Assembly (NCBI RefSeq): GCF_018977255.1
Contig: NW_024704742.1
Coordinates: 125,800,001-125,864,000, forward strand
DNA: 64,000 nucleotides
Reading direction: 5' to 3'
Origin: Callorhinchus milii
Lineage: Eukaryota
Shown: one piece after another, positions 1 to 13,334 of the stretch
Layout of the letters: every line of letters begins with the position of its first letter
Position numbering within the stretch: the first letter of the stretch is position 1
Translations under genes and position numbers: made by a program
The notes under the pieces: model-generated
What the model was told of the DNA's origin: nothing
Seen by the model: the letters and a program-made list of their open reading frames with translations, nothing else
The model's database searches: none

Positions 1-1084
1 ATTTATATTATTTTCAATCTCTTCTTCTACTTGTGGGAGTTTGTTTTGTGCGAAGTATCTGCCCACAAATCCACAGAGTCCTCACTTGACAGCGACTATT
101 GTTAAGTGTAGTGACTGAACATTTGTATGTGAACCGAACAGCCAATTTGCACACAGCAATGTCCTACAAACAGCATTAAGTGAATGACCAATTTTACTTT
201 TTAGCCAGAATACCAGGAGAAACTCCCTTCTGTTTTTGAATACTGCCGTGAGATCTTTAATATCCAGCTGCATACGCAGATGGAAATTCAGTTTAACATC
301 AAATGTGAAGGATTTACTGTAAAGTGTAGGGACTATTTTGTAGGCAAAACATAGACATTGTGATATCAATAGCATTAAAATGTAGATGTGACCACATTTT
401 CTAAAATGGGCCTAGATTGTCTTTACTTGCATTTTCTTCTGTGAAGAGGTAGGTTTGTTTTATCGCAGAGGCTAAGCTATGTTTTCTGGAATAACCAGCT
501 ATGAAAACAATGCTACAATCCACCATATGAGCTGTCAGGACAAGCTCATGTTGCAGCAGCTGCTAAAGCACAGAATTTGCAATTAGATCTTCATATAAAT
601 GTTTTATTAAAAGAGATAGCAGCCATAGAATGAAGGTCTTTCAATGCAGTTTCTCCTCCCCCTCCGATCATTTGTATCACCTTTATTTGCAAAACAAAAC
701 GATCGGAACATCAGTCTGTATTACTCTTAGCTCTAGGTTACAGGGTTATGGACCTGAGAAACGCCGTAAGGCTTGAAGATACAATCTAGTCTGAAAATTG
801 AGAACATTGCTGGTAGAGAGCTGCATTGTTGGAATACAGTAGTTGCTGTTCAATGAGATCTTGATTGCCTTTTCTGAAATCCTGTCTACACTTGAATGAT
901 ATGTCACCCTCCTATTCTAAGGTCCTGTCATCTATTCTGGTGATCCTGCTGGATGGTTAAGGCCCTATTAATGTCACTTTTTTTAAAAAAGTGGCAAAAT
1001 AGTGACATGGCCTTGACCAATATTCCTCCCTCATCTAAAATTCATCTGAAACTCAGAATAACTGGCTTTTAACTTGTTATAAGT

Positions 1085-1490
1085 CAGCCGGATGAACTGG
1101 TAGCTGGTACTCTTTCCTCTGAATCAGAAGGTTGTGGTTCATGTCCCACATCAGGACTTGGAATCACATTATCTAACCTGACACTCCAGTGCAGTTCTGG
1201 GGAAGTGTTGCATTGTTGGAGGCATCACCCTATGGATGAGACAGTAACCCGAGATCCCTTCCGCTGTTCAGGTGAACGTTAAAGATCCCATGGCACTATT
1301 CGATAAGAGAAGAACATCTCCCGATGTTCTGGCCAACAATCCCCCAAATACGATTGGCCACTCACGTCTGTTTGTGGGATATTGCTGTGTGCAACTAGCT
1401 GCCGAATTTCGCCCACAAAATACACAGTCAATCTACTTTACAGTATATCCTTTGAAGTGCTTTGAGACGTCTCGATGACGTGATAAGACG
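1085..1490 (+). mobile_element. Old tRNA-headed Deu-domain SINE (SacSINE1-like)
   Basis: Head ctctgaatcagaaggttgtggttc, core gtttgtgggatattgctgtgtgcaactagctgcc, L2-like tail; similar decayed copies at ~115-335(-), 11820-12215(-), 13835-14120, 18790-19045, 50940-51390, 55585-55875(-), 58055-58445 and 60135-60520(-). Confidence 0.75.
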
Positions 1491-2204
1491 CGAAGATTGC
1501 TGGTACAAAATACTTGACACATTTGGTTATGTAAAGACGGTAACTACTTTAAAGTAATTCACCATCTGAAACACTTTTATACATTTCAATTTGATGCTGT
1601 GTTGTATCAAATGCATTATTATTTTACTTATTGAAGATGGCACAGAAACAGGCTATTCAGACCAAATAGTCCATACTGGTGCTTATACCCCACATGGAGT
1701 TTCACCCTACCTATTCACCTCTATTTCTTCCTCCCTCATGTATGTATCATCTTTGCTCATAAATGCATTCAAGCTTTCTGTTTCAACCACATCTTCCGTC
1801 AATTAGTTCCAAATTCTCACAACCCTGCGCATAAAGAAGTTCCCCCCAAACTTCCTTTTAGATCTGCTATTATCTATCTTACATTCATGCCTCCTTTGTT
1901 TTGGGCTCACCAACAAATATTGGAAACACCCTGTCAACATTCACCTTATATCCACGACTGTTTGTGGGACACTGCTGTGTGCAATTGGCTGTCGTGTTTT
2001 GCCAATAAATATACAGTCAATTCACTTTACAGTATATTCTGTGAAACGCTTTGAAAATCTGGAAGATATGAAAAGCGCTATATCAAATGCAAGGATTATT
2101 ACATTATATTGTATAACCTTTCACAATCTTAAACACCTCCATCTTTAATAATAATAATAGAGAAAACTCTAACCCGTCCAATTATTCTTGATAGAATAAC
2201 TGTC

Positions 2205-2570
2205 CCCTCCGCATCGGTCTGCAGAACGTCCGCTCATTAACCAACAAGTCCCTCACAATCCATGACCTCACCATTGAGGAAAATATCGACATCCTCGCCC
2301 TCACCGAAACCTGGGTTACCCCAGGCGACACCTTCCCACTAGTTGAGGCCACACCTCCAGGTTATACCTTTCACCAAACCCCATGGCCTAATCGCCGTGC
2401 TGGTGGTGTGGCACCTGGTCCTCTCTCGGCCTTTCCCCTTACTCCTCCGGAACCTTCCCCTCCTTTGAACACCTTACCCTCTACCACCCCTCCAGGCTTT
2501 CCTTCAAAATCCTCCGTGTTTACCGTCCCCTCAAGCCTTCCCCCACCTTTCTCTCGGACATCTTCACCCT
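2205..2570 (+). mobile_element. L2-clade LINE AP-endonuclease fragment
   Basis: LRIGLQNVRSLTNKS...NIDILALTETW...PPGY...RRAGGVA (APE motifs; not in the ORF track); C-rich composition like the other L2 copies. Confidence 0.8.
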
Positions 2571-3160
2571 AGAAGACACAACAAGTCTGCCAACACTAGA
2601 GATTCATCAAAGGGATAAGGACAGGGAGCAACTTAGGGAATTTTTCATGAGTAGAGAATTGGTGCTAGGGAAACTGTTAGCACTAAAAAGTGACAAATCC
2701 CCTGGTCTGGATGGTTTGCATCCCAAGGTTTTAAAAGAGGTAGCTTATGAGATAGTGGAGGCCTTATGTCTGATCTTCCAAAATTCCTTGGATTCTGGAA
2801 CAGTCCCCATGGATTGGAAGATCGCAAATGGCACACCACTATTTAAAAAAGGTGGAAAGGAAAAGATGGGGATCTATAGGCCAGTTAGTCTCACATCAGT
2901 GATAGGAAAAATTTTAGAATCATTGATTAAGGATGTGGTAGTGCGGTATTTAGGGGAGCACAATATAATTAGGCCAAGTCAACATGGCTTTACAAAAGGG
3001 AAGTCATGTTTGACAAATCTCATAGAGTTTTTTGAGGATATTTCCAGTAAACTAGATAATAATAATAATAATGATAATAATAATAATAATCTTGGATTTG
3101 ATATAGCGCTTTTCACGTCAGGAGGACGTCCCAAAGCGCTTCACAGAACACACTGTACAG

Positions 3161-3195
<35 letters not shown>

Positions 3196-4663
3196 CCTTG
3201 CATTTGATATAGCGCTTTTCACGTCGGGAGGACGTCCCAAAGCGCTTCACAGAACACACTGTAAAGTGAATTGACTGTATATTTGTGGGCGAACGCGGCA
3301 GCCAATTGCGCACAGCAATGTCCCACAAACAGTCGTAGATTGAAAATGACCAATTTATTATTGTTTTTGGAGGGATTATTATTAGGCGTGTGGAGTAAGG
3401 AAACTTGCCCAAGATTTCGCCCTGCCTGGAATTGAACTCAGGTCTCTCGCTTGCAAAGCGAGTGCTCTAACCACTGAGCTACAGGACTCCAGATAAAGGT
3501 GAATCAGTGGATGTGGTCTATTTGGACTTCCAGAAGGCATTTGATAAGGTGCCGCATAAAAGGTTAGTCCAAAAGTTAAGGGCCCATGGAATTGGGGGGA
3601 GCATATTAACGTGGATTGGGGAATGGTTAACGGGTAGGAAACAAAGAGTAGGGATAAACGGGTTCTTTTCAGATTGGCGGGATGTGACTAGTGGAGTGCC
3701 ACAAGGATCAGTCCTTGGGCCTCAGCTATTTACCATCTACATCAATGATCTTGATGAGGACATCAAAGTTAATATATCTAAATTCGCAGATGACACAAAA
3801 CTAGGAGGAAGTGTCAACACAGAGGATGACATTGATAAAATGCAGCGAGACATAGATAGGTTAAGTGATTGGGCAGGTAGGGCGCAGATGAAGTATAACG
3901 TAGGGAAGTGCAAAGTCATCAACCTAGGTAGCAAAAACAGTAGAGCGGGTTATTTTTTAGAAGGGGAGAGATTGGAATGTGTTAGCGTCCAGAGGGACTT
4001 GGGTGTCCTTGTACACCAATCACAGAAAGTTAGTCTGCAGGTGCAGCAGCAATTAGGAAGGCGAACGGTACGTTAGCATTCATTATGAAAGGATTAGAGT
4101 ATAAGAGTAGGGAAGTCTTGCTGCAACTGTATAGGGCCCTGGTGAGACCACACCAGGAATACTGTGTCCAGTTTTGGTCTCCTCATTTAAGGAAGGATGT
4201 ACTTGCCTCGGAGGGGGTGAAGCGTAGATTTACTAGGTTAGTACCAGGGATGAAGGAGATGAGTTACGAGGATAGGCTGACCAATTTGGGCCTATATTCT
4301 CTAGAATATAGACGAATTAGAGGAGATCTTATAAGATCATCAAGGGCATGATAGAGTAGATAGTGGGAGATTGTTTCCCCTGGTTGGAGAAACTAAAACC
4401 AGGGGTCACAACCTTAAAATCAGAGGCCAGCCCTTTCGCACTGAGTTGAGGAAGAACTTCTTCACTCAAAGGGTAGTGAATGTATGGAACTCACTACCCC
4501 AAAGGGCTGTTGACGCTCAGTCCTTGAACATATTGAAGACTGAGATAGATAGATTTCTTATTGCAAAAGGGATCAAGGGATATGGGGATAAGGCAGGGTC
4601 AGGTTATTAGCTGGAGTTAGATTAGAAGATCAGCCATGATTGAATGGCGGGGCAGGCTCGAAG
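2571..4663 (+). mobile_element. CR1-clade LINE ORF2 (RT) fragment, frameshifted, interrupted by a SINE
   Basis: [44 protein letters not shown]...RKNFFTQRVVNVWNSLP. Confidence 0.95.
3060..3490 (-). mobile_element. Young tRNA-Ala-headed Deu SINE plus an extra truncated tail copy
   Basis: Head GGAGTCCTGTAGCTCAGTGG..GAGTTCAATTCC, Deu core, (TTA)n tail, AGATAA TSD. Confidence 0.92.
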
Positions 4664-5325
4664 GCTCCCTCTGCCTCCTTGTCCTCCTCGACCTCTCTAT
4701 TGCCTTCGACACTGTCGACCATTCCATCTTTATACACCGTCTCTCCGCTTTACTCAATCTTCACGGATCTGCCCTTGCCTGGTTCAATTCCTATCTCTCT
4801 CACCATCTCCACTTTGTTGCCTCTAACGGTTTCTCCTCCAGCCCCTGCATTGTCACATCCCTGGCATCCCTCAGGGCTCTGTCCTTGGCCCTCTCCTCTT
4901 TAATATCTACATGCTCCCCCTTGGTGACATCATCCGCAGTCATGGGGTCAACTTCCATATGTATGTGGATGACAGCCAACTCTATCTTTCTGCTTCCACT
5001 CTCAACTCCAGGACCACTGCTGTCCTGACAGACTGCCTGTAGGATATCAAGTCCTGGATGAGGGCAAATTTCCTATAGTTGAATGTGAACAAGACTGAGG
5101 CCCTCCTGATTGGCTCACGCCAACGCCTCAGCACCTCAGGCTCTGGCAACATCAACCTCCATGGTTGCACACTGCAACTCACAAAGCCAGACAGGAACCT
5201 AGGTGTCTTGTTCGACCCTCAACTGTCTTTTCTCCCCCACATTCAAGCCATGACCCACTCTGCCTTCCCTCACCTCCGTAACATCTCCCAACTCCGCCAC
5301 TACCTCACCCCTCAGGCCGCTGAAA
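4664..5325 (+). mobile_element. L2 LINE RT fragment
   Basis: SLCLLVLLDLSIAFDTVDH, LNVNKTE, RNLGVLFDPQLSF; stops and frameshifts. Confidence 0.9.
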
Positions 5326-5711
5326 AATTGCGATTTTAATGTATATTTAAAACCAAAGGGATGAGTGTGCAACTGTCACTAAACACAACAGGTTAGATTT
5401 GCCCTCTGATTCATTATAAGAGGAACTAGGTGAGCCTCTGGTTAATATTTTTTAGGAACTCTGTAAACACTGGAGATATAAAGATAACAATAGAACAATC
5501 ATTGCATTTGATATAGAGACTTGTCACACTGCCAAAATATCTCAAAGTGCTTCACAGGATTGATTGTGTAATGATTATGTATTTTCTAGGCATGTGCGGC
5601 AAGCAATTTTTGCACACTGATGTCCTGCCAACAGCCATGAAGTGACTGAATTTTTTTATCTCTGGGGTCCTGTTGGCCAGTACACTGGGGGAAACTCCAT
5701 TCTCTTTTCAA

Positions 5712-6297
5712 ATAGCTCGACTATGCAAACGCCCTGCTTGTCGGCCTTCCCAACTCATTCCCCCCAACAGCTGCGGATAATCCAGAACTCTGCAGCCCGT
5801 GTCCTCTCCCACACCAAACTCTGTGACCCCATCTCCCCCACTCTCACCCGACTCCATTGGCTCCCAATCCTTCAGAGGATCCAGTTCAACCTCCTAGTCC
5901 TCACATACAAGACCCTCCATGGCCTCACCCCACCCTACCTCTGCAATCTCCCAACCCCCTACCAACACGCCCGCTCCCTCCGCATCCTGCTCCACATCCC
6001 CCGACCCACCCACCCCACCATTGGCGGGAGAGCCTACAGCCACTCTGCCCCCAACCTCTGGAATTCCATCCCCCAGTTACTCCGCTTCAGCCCCTCCTTA
6101 GCCTCATTCAAGTCCCGCCTCAAGACTCTCCTCTTCGACCATGCCATTGGCCATCCCCCCTTCCCCTCCCCTCCCTTCCGCCCCCCACCCCCGACCCCAG
6201 CTCGGGTCTGAAATGTTGTGCTCTGTCCAGGGCCTTGGCATGTCCTCCTGACATGAAAGGCGCTATACAAATGTAATCTTGTTGTTGTTGTTGTTGA
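5712..6297 (+). mobile_element. L2 LINE 3' end
   Basis: IQNSAARVL...LHWLPI...WNSIP...FKSRLKT; 3' stem-loop and (TTG)n tail. Confidence 0.9.
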
Positions 6298-6789
6298 TAG
6301 CTATAGCTTTCTCCTGTAACAAAATGCAAGGATACTGATGACAAATATGAGGTAACCTTGCTGAGTTCAGCTAAAATTAGCATAGACTGAGGTTTGAACC
6401 TGTGGTCTGTAACAACAATTATTTTTGTAACTCAATAGGTGACACATCTGCATTTTCTGCTAAGCAACCTGGGGCAGGGGATTTTTTAGTCTGCCGGAAT
6501 CTAGCTATGATATACAGGAGTCCTGTTGCTTAGTAGTTAAAGCACTCACCTTGGAAGCGAGAGGACCTGGGTTCTTAGTCCCTCCAAGCCCTAGGAAAAC
6601 GCCACCTACACTAAGTCTGTGAAATACTTTGGGACGTCCTCCCTAGCAGAAAGTCACCATACCAAATATAAGGATTAATTGTTCTAGTATTAGAGTGATT
6701 TTGTTCTAGGAGATGCAAGGAAGAGAACAGCCAGGCTAACTTGATAAGTGACAGCTAATCAGGTGGATAAAGGATTTGATATTATTCAT

Positions 6790-7160
6790 ACATTAGAATG
6801 CATTAGAATATACAGCACAGAAACAGGCTATTCGGCCCAACTGGTCTATGCTGGTGTTATGCTCCTCATGAGCCTCCTCCTGCCTTTCCTCAACTAAGCC
6901 TTCAAGCATAACCTTCTATTCCTTTCTCTCTCACGTACCTATCTAGCTTTCCCGTAAATACATCTATGCTGTTTGCCTCAACAGCTCCTTATGGTAACAT
7001 GTTCCACATTCCCATTACTCTCTGTGTGAAGACGTTTCTTTTAACTTTCCTATTTGACGGTGTGAAGAAATTTCTTCAAACTTTCCTATTTGACTGTGTG
7101 AAGAAATTTCTTCTAACTTTCCTATTTGACTGTGAAGAAATTTCTTCTAACTTCCCTGTA
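6790..7160 (-). mobile_element. CR1 3'-end fragment with internal tandem repeat
   Basis: cattagaa octamer tail, acagcacagaaacaggctattcggccc 3'UTR motif. Confidence 0.7.
7023..7156. repeat. 36-bp tandem repeat, ~3.7 copies
   Basis: Unit tgtgtgaagaaatttcttctaactttcctatttgac repeated head-to-tail. Confidence 0.9.
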
Positions 7161-7739
7161 CATTCATGACACTACAGCTGCTCCACCTATGTATACCTAC
7201 CTTTCTTTGTATTTTCTTCACATGCAAGATTCTTTGTTTCAGGTGAGGCATGCATGCTTGCCAAGAACATTGTGTCCTAACATCGCAGAACTTAATAAGT
7301 ATTTCTATTTGGATGCTTTCTCTCATGACTAATAAAGAATCTTGTCCATCAGTAACATTGCTTCTCATTTCCTTAACCCTCCTGAATTTGTGGTGGTGGA
7401 ATTTGTGGAACTTTGGGCACTGGGATTCTTATCGCTCCGCTCCTGCAAGCTAAAACCCTTAAGGGTAGAATAGTCCTACCTAGGCAAGCAATGGGAAACT
7501 TACCAGACAATGCTGTCAATAGTAAGCTGTGTTTTAGCTTTTAGTTGGTTAAACTCCAGGAATATCTCAACCAACACTCTGGGGTCTCCAAGCCTTGGCT
7601 CTTGCTAACCTTCTAAAATGTCTGGGATTAGGTGAGAAGGAAGTAGATTTCCAGGGAGAGAGTTTATACTCTATATCAGACAAATGCAAATGTTCATGCA
7701 TATGTGGGTCTCTCAGCATAATTTGGATACAGTCTCTGA

Positions 7740-8170
7740 CCATACCTCACCCCAAAAGTTGCCAAAAACCTTGTCCATGCCTTTTGTCACCTCTCAGCTG
7801 GACTACACTAACAGCTGGACTACACTAACTACCTCATCGATCTCCCCTCCTCCACTATTCACAAAATCCAACTCATTCAAAACTCCGCCGCCTGCATTCT
7901 CACCCACACCAAACTTCGTGCCCCGATTACTCCAGTCCTTCCCAAACTCCACTTGCTCCCTGTCACAGAGCGGATCGAATTCAAGATCCTCACTCTAGTG
8001 TTTAAATCCCTCCATTCCTCGCGCCTGAAGACCTTCCCTTTTGACCGCGCCTACGGTCACCTTCCCCCTCCCCTCCCCCTGGCTTGGCCTTGGGCTCCAC
8101 CATTGTTAAGCGCTCTGAGATGCCGCCCAGCCTGGAAGGGGCTGTATAAATGCAAGTTGTTGTTGTTGTA
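7740..8170 (+). mobile_element. L2 LINE 3' fragment
   Basis: FVTSQLDY, RIEFKIL, (TTG)n tail. Confidence 0.8.
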
Positions 8171-9892
8171 TTAAACAAGTTGATTTTTTCTTGATTGGGG
8201 GAGAAGGGGGTGTCTGACACCCTGCTCACTAAAATAAATTGTGATGAAGCTACCCTGATTAAGTTTAACTTGTTTTATTTAGGAAACTATAGATGCTGAA
8301 TGTTGCTTGGCAGGGATTCTTTAAAGTAATAATACTCTTTGCATTTAGAGTAATATGTGGAAAACAGGGAGTAGAAATAAACAGTTGGGTCTTGCAGAGA
8401 GCCCACCTTGGCATGAGGGCCAGATGGCTTTCTTCTGTGCTTTATTTATGATGCCTCCAATCAATTTCTTTAACAACATCTGATATTTTCGTCCACAAAA
8501 TATTTACTTCATAGTATATTATGTGAACCGCTTTGATACACCACAAAGATGCGATATCAAATGCAATGCCAGGATTATTATCTGCTCAGCTGTAAAGAAA
8601 AGAAGTTCCACAGGTATTAATCATGGTTGAGTGACAATAGCTAAAGAGTTGTGTCCTGAACTCATGCCCTCCCTGTTCACACTGGTCTCAGCTGGGGCTA
8701 CATGGGAGGCTAAATTTGCCCAGGGCTTCCCAGAGTCAGGGAGGCAAAATTAGCTAGGGTTTCTGCTCCTGGTCCCAGTAAAATATACTCTACTGAGTGT
8801 GTCAATTGGGTGGGGAAAGATCAGACGCCCTCACATATGCCAGTGGGGAAAAATTGAAAGGCACACTGAACTTTCATATAAAATTGTCACTGGAGAAATA
8901 TAGCTTAATATTACTTTATTGTCAGTCATTTCCCCTAAAGTGTGTGTGTGTGTGTGTGGTGGGGGAGGGGGGGGGGAAGAAGGAGAAAACTATTTGCAAG
9001 ATTTGTATGCAGAGGAAATCACAATTTAGTTGCATGTCAAGACTCTTCCAGACCTATTTTCTATGTTTGCACTGAAATAATTAAGATCATTTGTCTCTTA
9101 GACAATTGTGATTCATTTCCAAGCTGCAGTGCTTTCATGCTATCAAAGTCAACATGAAAATAATGACATGGCATTCAGAATTTTAATAAGAAGTTGAAAT
9201 ATTTTATGAATGATGGCATAGTATAGTCAAACGGCAGAGAGAAGCACTGACCCAATTTCTCATACGTATTGCAGAGTATTTCTCATACGTATTAGTACAA
9301 TGATTTACAATTTCAAGTGTGTACTGGTGCATGATGAGCGTTACAGTAAAGGTGAACAATTCCATTTTGATTCTGTAACTAGTTAAGAGTCCAGCGGAGT
9401 GGGAGCCCCATGGTATAGAAGATAGAACTTCTGCTTACAGACCAGGAACTTGCTGGTTCGAATCCCAGTCTGTGCTGTGTATGCTGGTGTTAACTGTGTT
9501 GTGTTCGAAGGCTAAGTTGGCCCAAGCCTTCTTGGCGTGAGGGAGGGGGAAACCACCTTTGTGTCCTGCTACAAGTTCCTCTAGGGGCCTGATGACCCTC
9601 TCTGCCAAGGCTCACATGTCAACAGTGGCCACTTAGGCGAGGAACCATTTCCCACGCAGCTGCACTCCAGCAGGCCAATGAACAACAACAAATTACATTT
9701 ATATTATCAATTTCACGCTGGGAGGATGCCCCAAGGTTTCCAGAGAGGCCAGACTGGCTAGCAGTGAAGTATGTGCCAGAGAGGAGAAAATCAGATCAAA
9801 TTTTAAATATAAAGTAATATTAACTGAATTTTAGGGGATGAAAACTGTTAAACTCCATCCATAATAATGATCCATTTATTTTCTTTTTCCAG

Positions 9893-10012
9893 GTTACACT
9901 TCAAGCGACAATACTTATGAAACTCCCTCACCAAACCATACCCCAATTCCAGAACTTCAAGACAAGGCCAATACAAACCAAATTGTAGTGCAGAAAAATA
10001 TTGTTCTATCAG
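9893..10012 (+). CDS. emb: Embigin-like gene, first coding exon in window (Pro/Thr-rich stalk)
   Basis: ttttctttttccag acceptor and G|gtaatt donor; phase 1-1; xYTSSDNTYETPSPNHTPIPELQDKANTNQIVVQKNIVLS; joins the next exon in frame and resembles the embigin N-terminal stalk exon. Confidence 0.7.
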
Positions 10013-12578
10013 GTAATTCCAAAATACCCTTTCTTCTACTTGAGTAAAATAAGTAATTGCAAATATAAAAATTCACTGAATGAAATGTGACTGTGCAAAC
10101 AGTTTTATTTTTACAGCTTGCAATCACAGTACACGGTCCAGGCTGGCATTGTTGGAGATACGGTCCTTCAGATGAGACTTTAAACCAAGGCCTTGTCTGC
10201 CTGTTTGGGTCGATGTTAACAATGCAAGGCAAAGAGAAGAGCTGACTCAGGTGGTACCACTCTTGGGGGTTCAGTAATTGGAACTCACATACTCTAAAAT
10301 GGCATTCCAATGCAGTGTTGGGGCTGTACTGCATTGTTGGAGATGCCATCCTTGGGATGAGATGTTAAACTGAGGCCTCATCTGCCTGATCAAGTAGACG
10401 CTAAAGATCCCATCGCATTATTTGAAAAGAGAAGGGAGTTTCTCTCGTTGTCCTGGTTAACTGTTTGTGGGACATTATTGTGCATAAAATGGCAGTCATA
10501 TTCACCTACTATGGCTGAAACCAACTACCTTGTGACTGGTGGCTTTTCTGTAAAGCAAAGGGGAAGATCAGGAGAATTTTTTTTTGCTTCCTGCTGGGTT
10601 CGCTTATTCAGGCAGGATCCCTATTAGCTTGGAAGAGGGAATTAGATAGATATCTAAAAAGGAATAATTTGCAGGGTGAATGGGGTAAAAGACAGGGAAA
10701 TTGGAGTGAATGAATTACTCTTTCAAAGAGCCGACACAGGCACAATGGGCTGAATGACCTCTTCAATGCTGTACATTTCTATGCTATGATCCAGTGCTAT
10801 AAGTGCTCTGAGATGCTACCCGGCGTGAGGAGCACTATATAAATGCAAGTTGTTGTTGTTATACTGGGCAGTGCTTTTATCTGCTAGGTCACTGGAAGAA
10901 CTGTGACTTCATATTCTTAAAGAGAGCTTAGCTTGCCCTTTAAATGTGCTCTGATCGTCATCTGACTTACTGATTCCTGAGAAACGTGTCTCTTCACTGA
11001 AAAATAATTATAAATGGATGTGCTTACGCCACAGTGGAACAAAGAACAATTCACACTGTGCAGGATTTGCTGTGGTTCTTAGTGAAATTCCTCAGTGCCC
11101 AGCCTGCACAGGTCCAAGACTAGCACCAGCAGGGTGAAGGAGCTCAAGCCTTCAGAACAAAGTCACATCACATCTCCTGAGGAACATTTATTCAATTTCA
11201 CTGAATGGCAGCCTTGTACACAAGGCATACCAGAGATTTGAAGTATCTTCAAAGGGACACATTGAAGGGCACTGGCAGACCAGCCAATGCATCTAAAACT
11301 TATTTTCGCCTACAAAGAAGACAGTTAATAGTTACAGTATATCCTGTGAAGTGCTTTGAGACACCCTCTGGACATAAAAGCACTATATCGAATGTACAAG
11401 GATTATATTGTATTTTCAACATGTCAACCGTCCATTTGTTAACAATGGAAATATATTGCTCTCCTTCATTATATCTTACCCTGTGCAGAGCTGATACAGT
11501 CACAGGTGGACATAAGAAAGTTTGTGCATACTTACTGTTTGATATCATTTGAATGTTACATTTTTGGATTAAAGTAAGAAATAACACAGGCAGTATGACT
11601 TGTTGCATTCCCTACTTTAAATGATGCTCAAAGAAACAAAAATATAACAGCAAAATTGCTATATTCTACACACAATCATATTCATGGCTCCTCTGACATC
11701 AAAGAAGTTATGATATGAATTGTGGGTAGGAAATGGTAATTCCAATCCATTACCACCGAGGCAAAGTACAAATTTTAAGTAAATGTTATTTATTTTAGAG
11801 ACAATGCAAACACTCATTAATAATAATAATACATACATACATACATTTGATATAGGCACATCGGGAGGACATCTCCCAGCACTTTACAGGATATGCTGTA
11901 AACTGGAGTAACTGTATTTTGTAGGTGAACATGGCAACCACTTTTCACACAGCAATGTCCCACAACATCCATAAAGTCGATGACCAGTTTTATTTGGGAG
12001 ATTGTTAGCCAGGAAACCGGGAGAAATGTCCCTTTCTTTTTGAAACAGTATCATGGGATCTTTAACAGACAGATGGGATGCTGGTTTAATGTCTCACTCC
12101 AGTACTGCATTGTATTATCAGCCTAGACTGTCTGGATTTCAAGTCCCAATGTCGGGGTTGAACCCACAAGCTTCTGACTCAGAGGCAAGGATGCTACCAA
12201 CTGGGCCAGGCTCCTTCATCTAGTATTAATAAGAAATAAAGACTGTGAATGCAGAGATCTGAAATAAACCCACAAAATCCTGGAAATACACAGATGACAT
12301 ATTCCAAATGTTAACCTACTTCTCTCCTTCAACTGCTGTTTGACCTGCTTGAATAGCCAGTATTTCTTGCTTTTGTTTCTTAACCTAATATTGTAAACAT
12401 TGCAGTCTCATGTTGCTTTTGATAATGACCTGTCTAATATTTGGTAAGATTTAGATCTCAGATATTTAATCTAATGGAAAACCTACTGCAAAACTTCAGA
12501 CGAATTTTAATACAACAGAACAAAAATTCTTTGGCTCCTGGAACTAACTTGTTTCTGGTTTCTTTCAAATACTTTTAG

Positions 12579-12723
12579 AGTCTGAAAATGTTAGTTCAAT
12601 AGTGAACATTACTGTGGCAACAAGAGTTGTACTGTCCTGCAATGTGAATGAAAAAAACTTGGCCTCAACCTTTTCTTGGAAAAAAGCTGGGAAGAATATT
12701 GACAACAGCATTGAAAGCTATCA
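12579..12723 (+). CDS. emb: Embigin-like exon, Ig1 N-half
   Basis: acttttag acceptor and CA|gtaagt donor; ESENVSSIVNITVATRVVLSCNVNEKNLASTFSWKKAGKNIDNSIESY with Ig Cys and WKK motif; phase 1-2. Confidence 0.85.
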
Positions 12724-13334
12724 GTAAGTATGTGAGCTGCAGGGAAAATGACATAATATTGACATTGTCTAAGCGCTCTGGGACGCTACAATGCGTGAGG
12801 GGCTCTATATAAATGCAAGTTGTTGTTTTAACAACTGTGGCCTGGACTCGCATTGAATCCTCATTCAAGAAGGGGAAGCGATCAGGGCTATGTATTACAG
12901 AACATTAAAGGCTGACTAACTGTGGCTGGCCAAGCTGAAATGAAAGAACTATATAAAAAAAAACAGATGGGATCTACCCAAGAACTGACAATCTGCAAAA
13001 ATAGCCAACAGCGCAGCAAATAAAGACAGGAAGAGAATCAATGCTGGAAGCTTTAGACTTTGGAGTAAAAATAGATCTGATCAAGAGTGCCTTTGGTTGA
13101 ATGTTACTAGATCGAGCTAGACTGGGTCGTTATAAGTTCACAGACACAAGGTCGATTAATTTTACAATCAATGGAGAATCAGACATGCTTGCTGGCTGAG
13201 ATCAGAGCAGCACCAAAGCAGCATCAAAGCATTGGAACACCACAAAAAATGGGGCAAACGTTCTGTGATTATTATACTACCTAACTGAAGCCTTGCATTT
13301 TAACATCAATAACTCTCCTGGTTTGTGATTACAG

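Noticed and set aside
3420..3490. tRNA-Ala(TGC)-like sequence
   Set aside because: SINE head: continues into SINE body, no proper acceptor stem, many copies
2647..4610. RT ORFs as a functional gene or retron-type system
   Set aside because: Frameshifted, truncated CR1 LINE interrupted by a SINE; the poly-Asn and poly-Tyr runs are the (TAA)n tail
5857..6276. Pro/His-rich ORFs
   Set aside because: Alternative frames of the C-rich L2 3' end
7023..7156. CRISPR-like 36-bp repeats
   Set aside because: No spacers, no cas genes, eukaryotic CR1-derived tandem repeat
9256..9292. Short direct repeat tttctcatacgtatt x2
   Set aside because: Simple local slippage duplication, no further structure
1..9892. 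emb signal-peptide exon or promoter
   Set aside because: No ATG plus hydrophobic leader with a phase-1 donor, and no CpG island found by eye; probably upstream of the window
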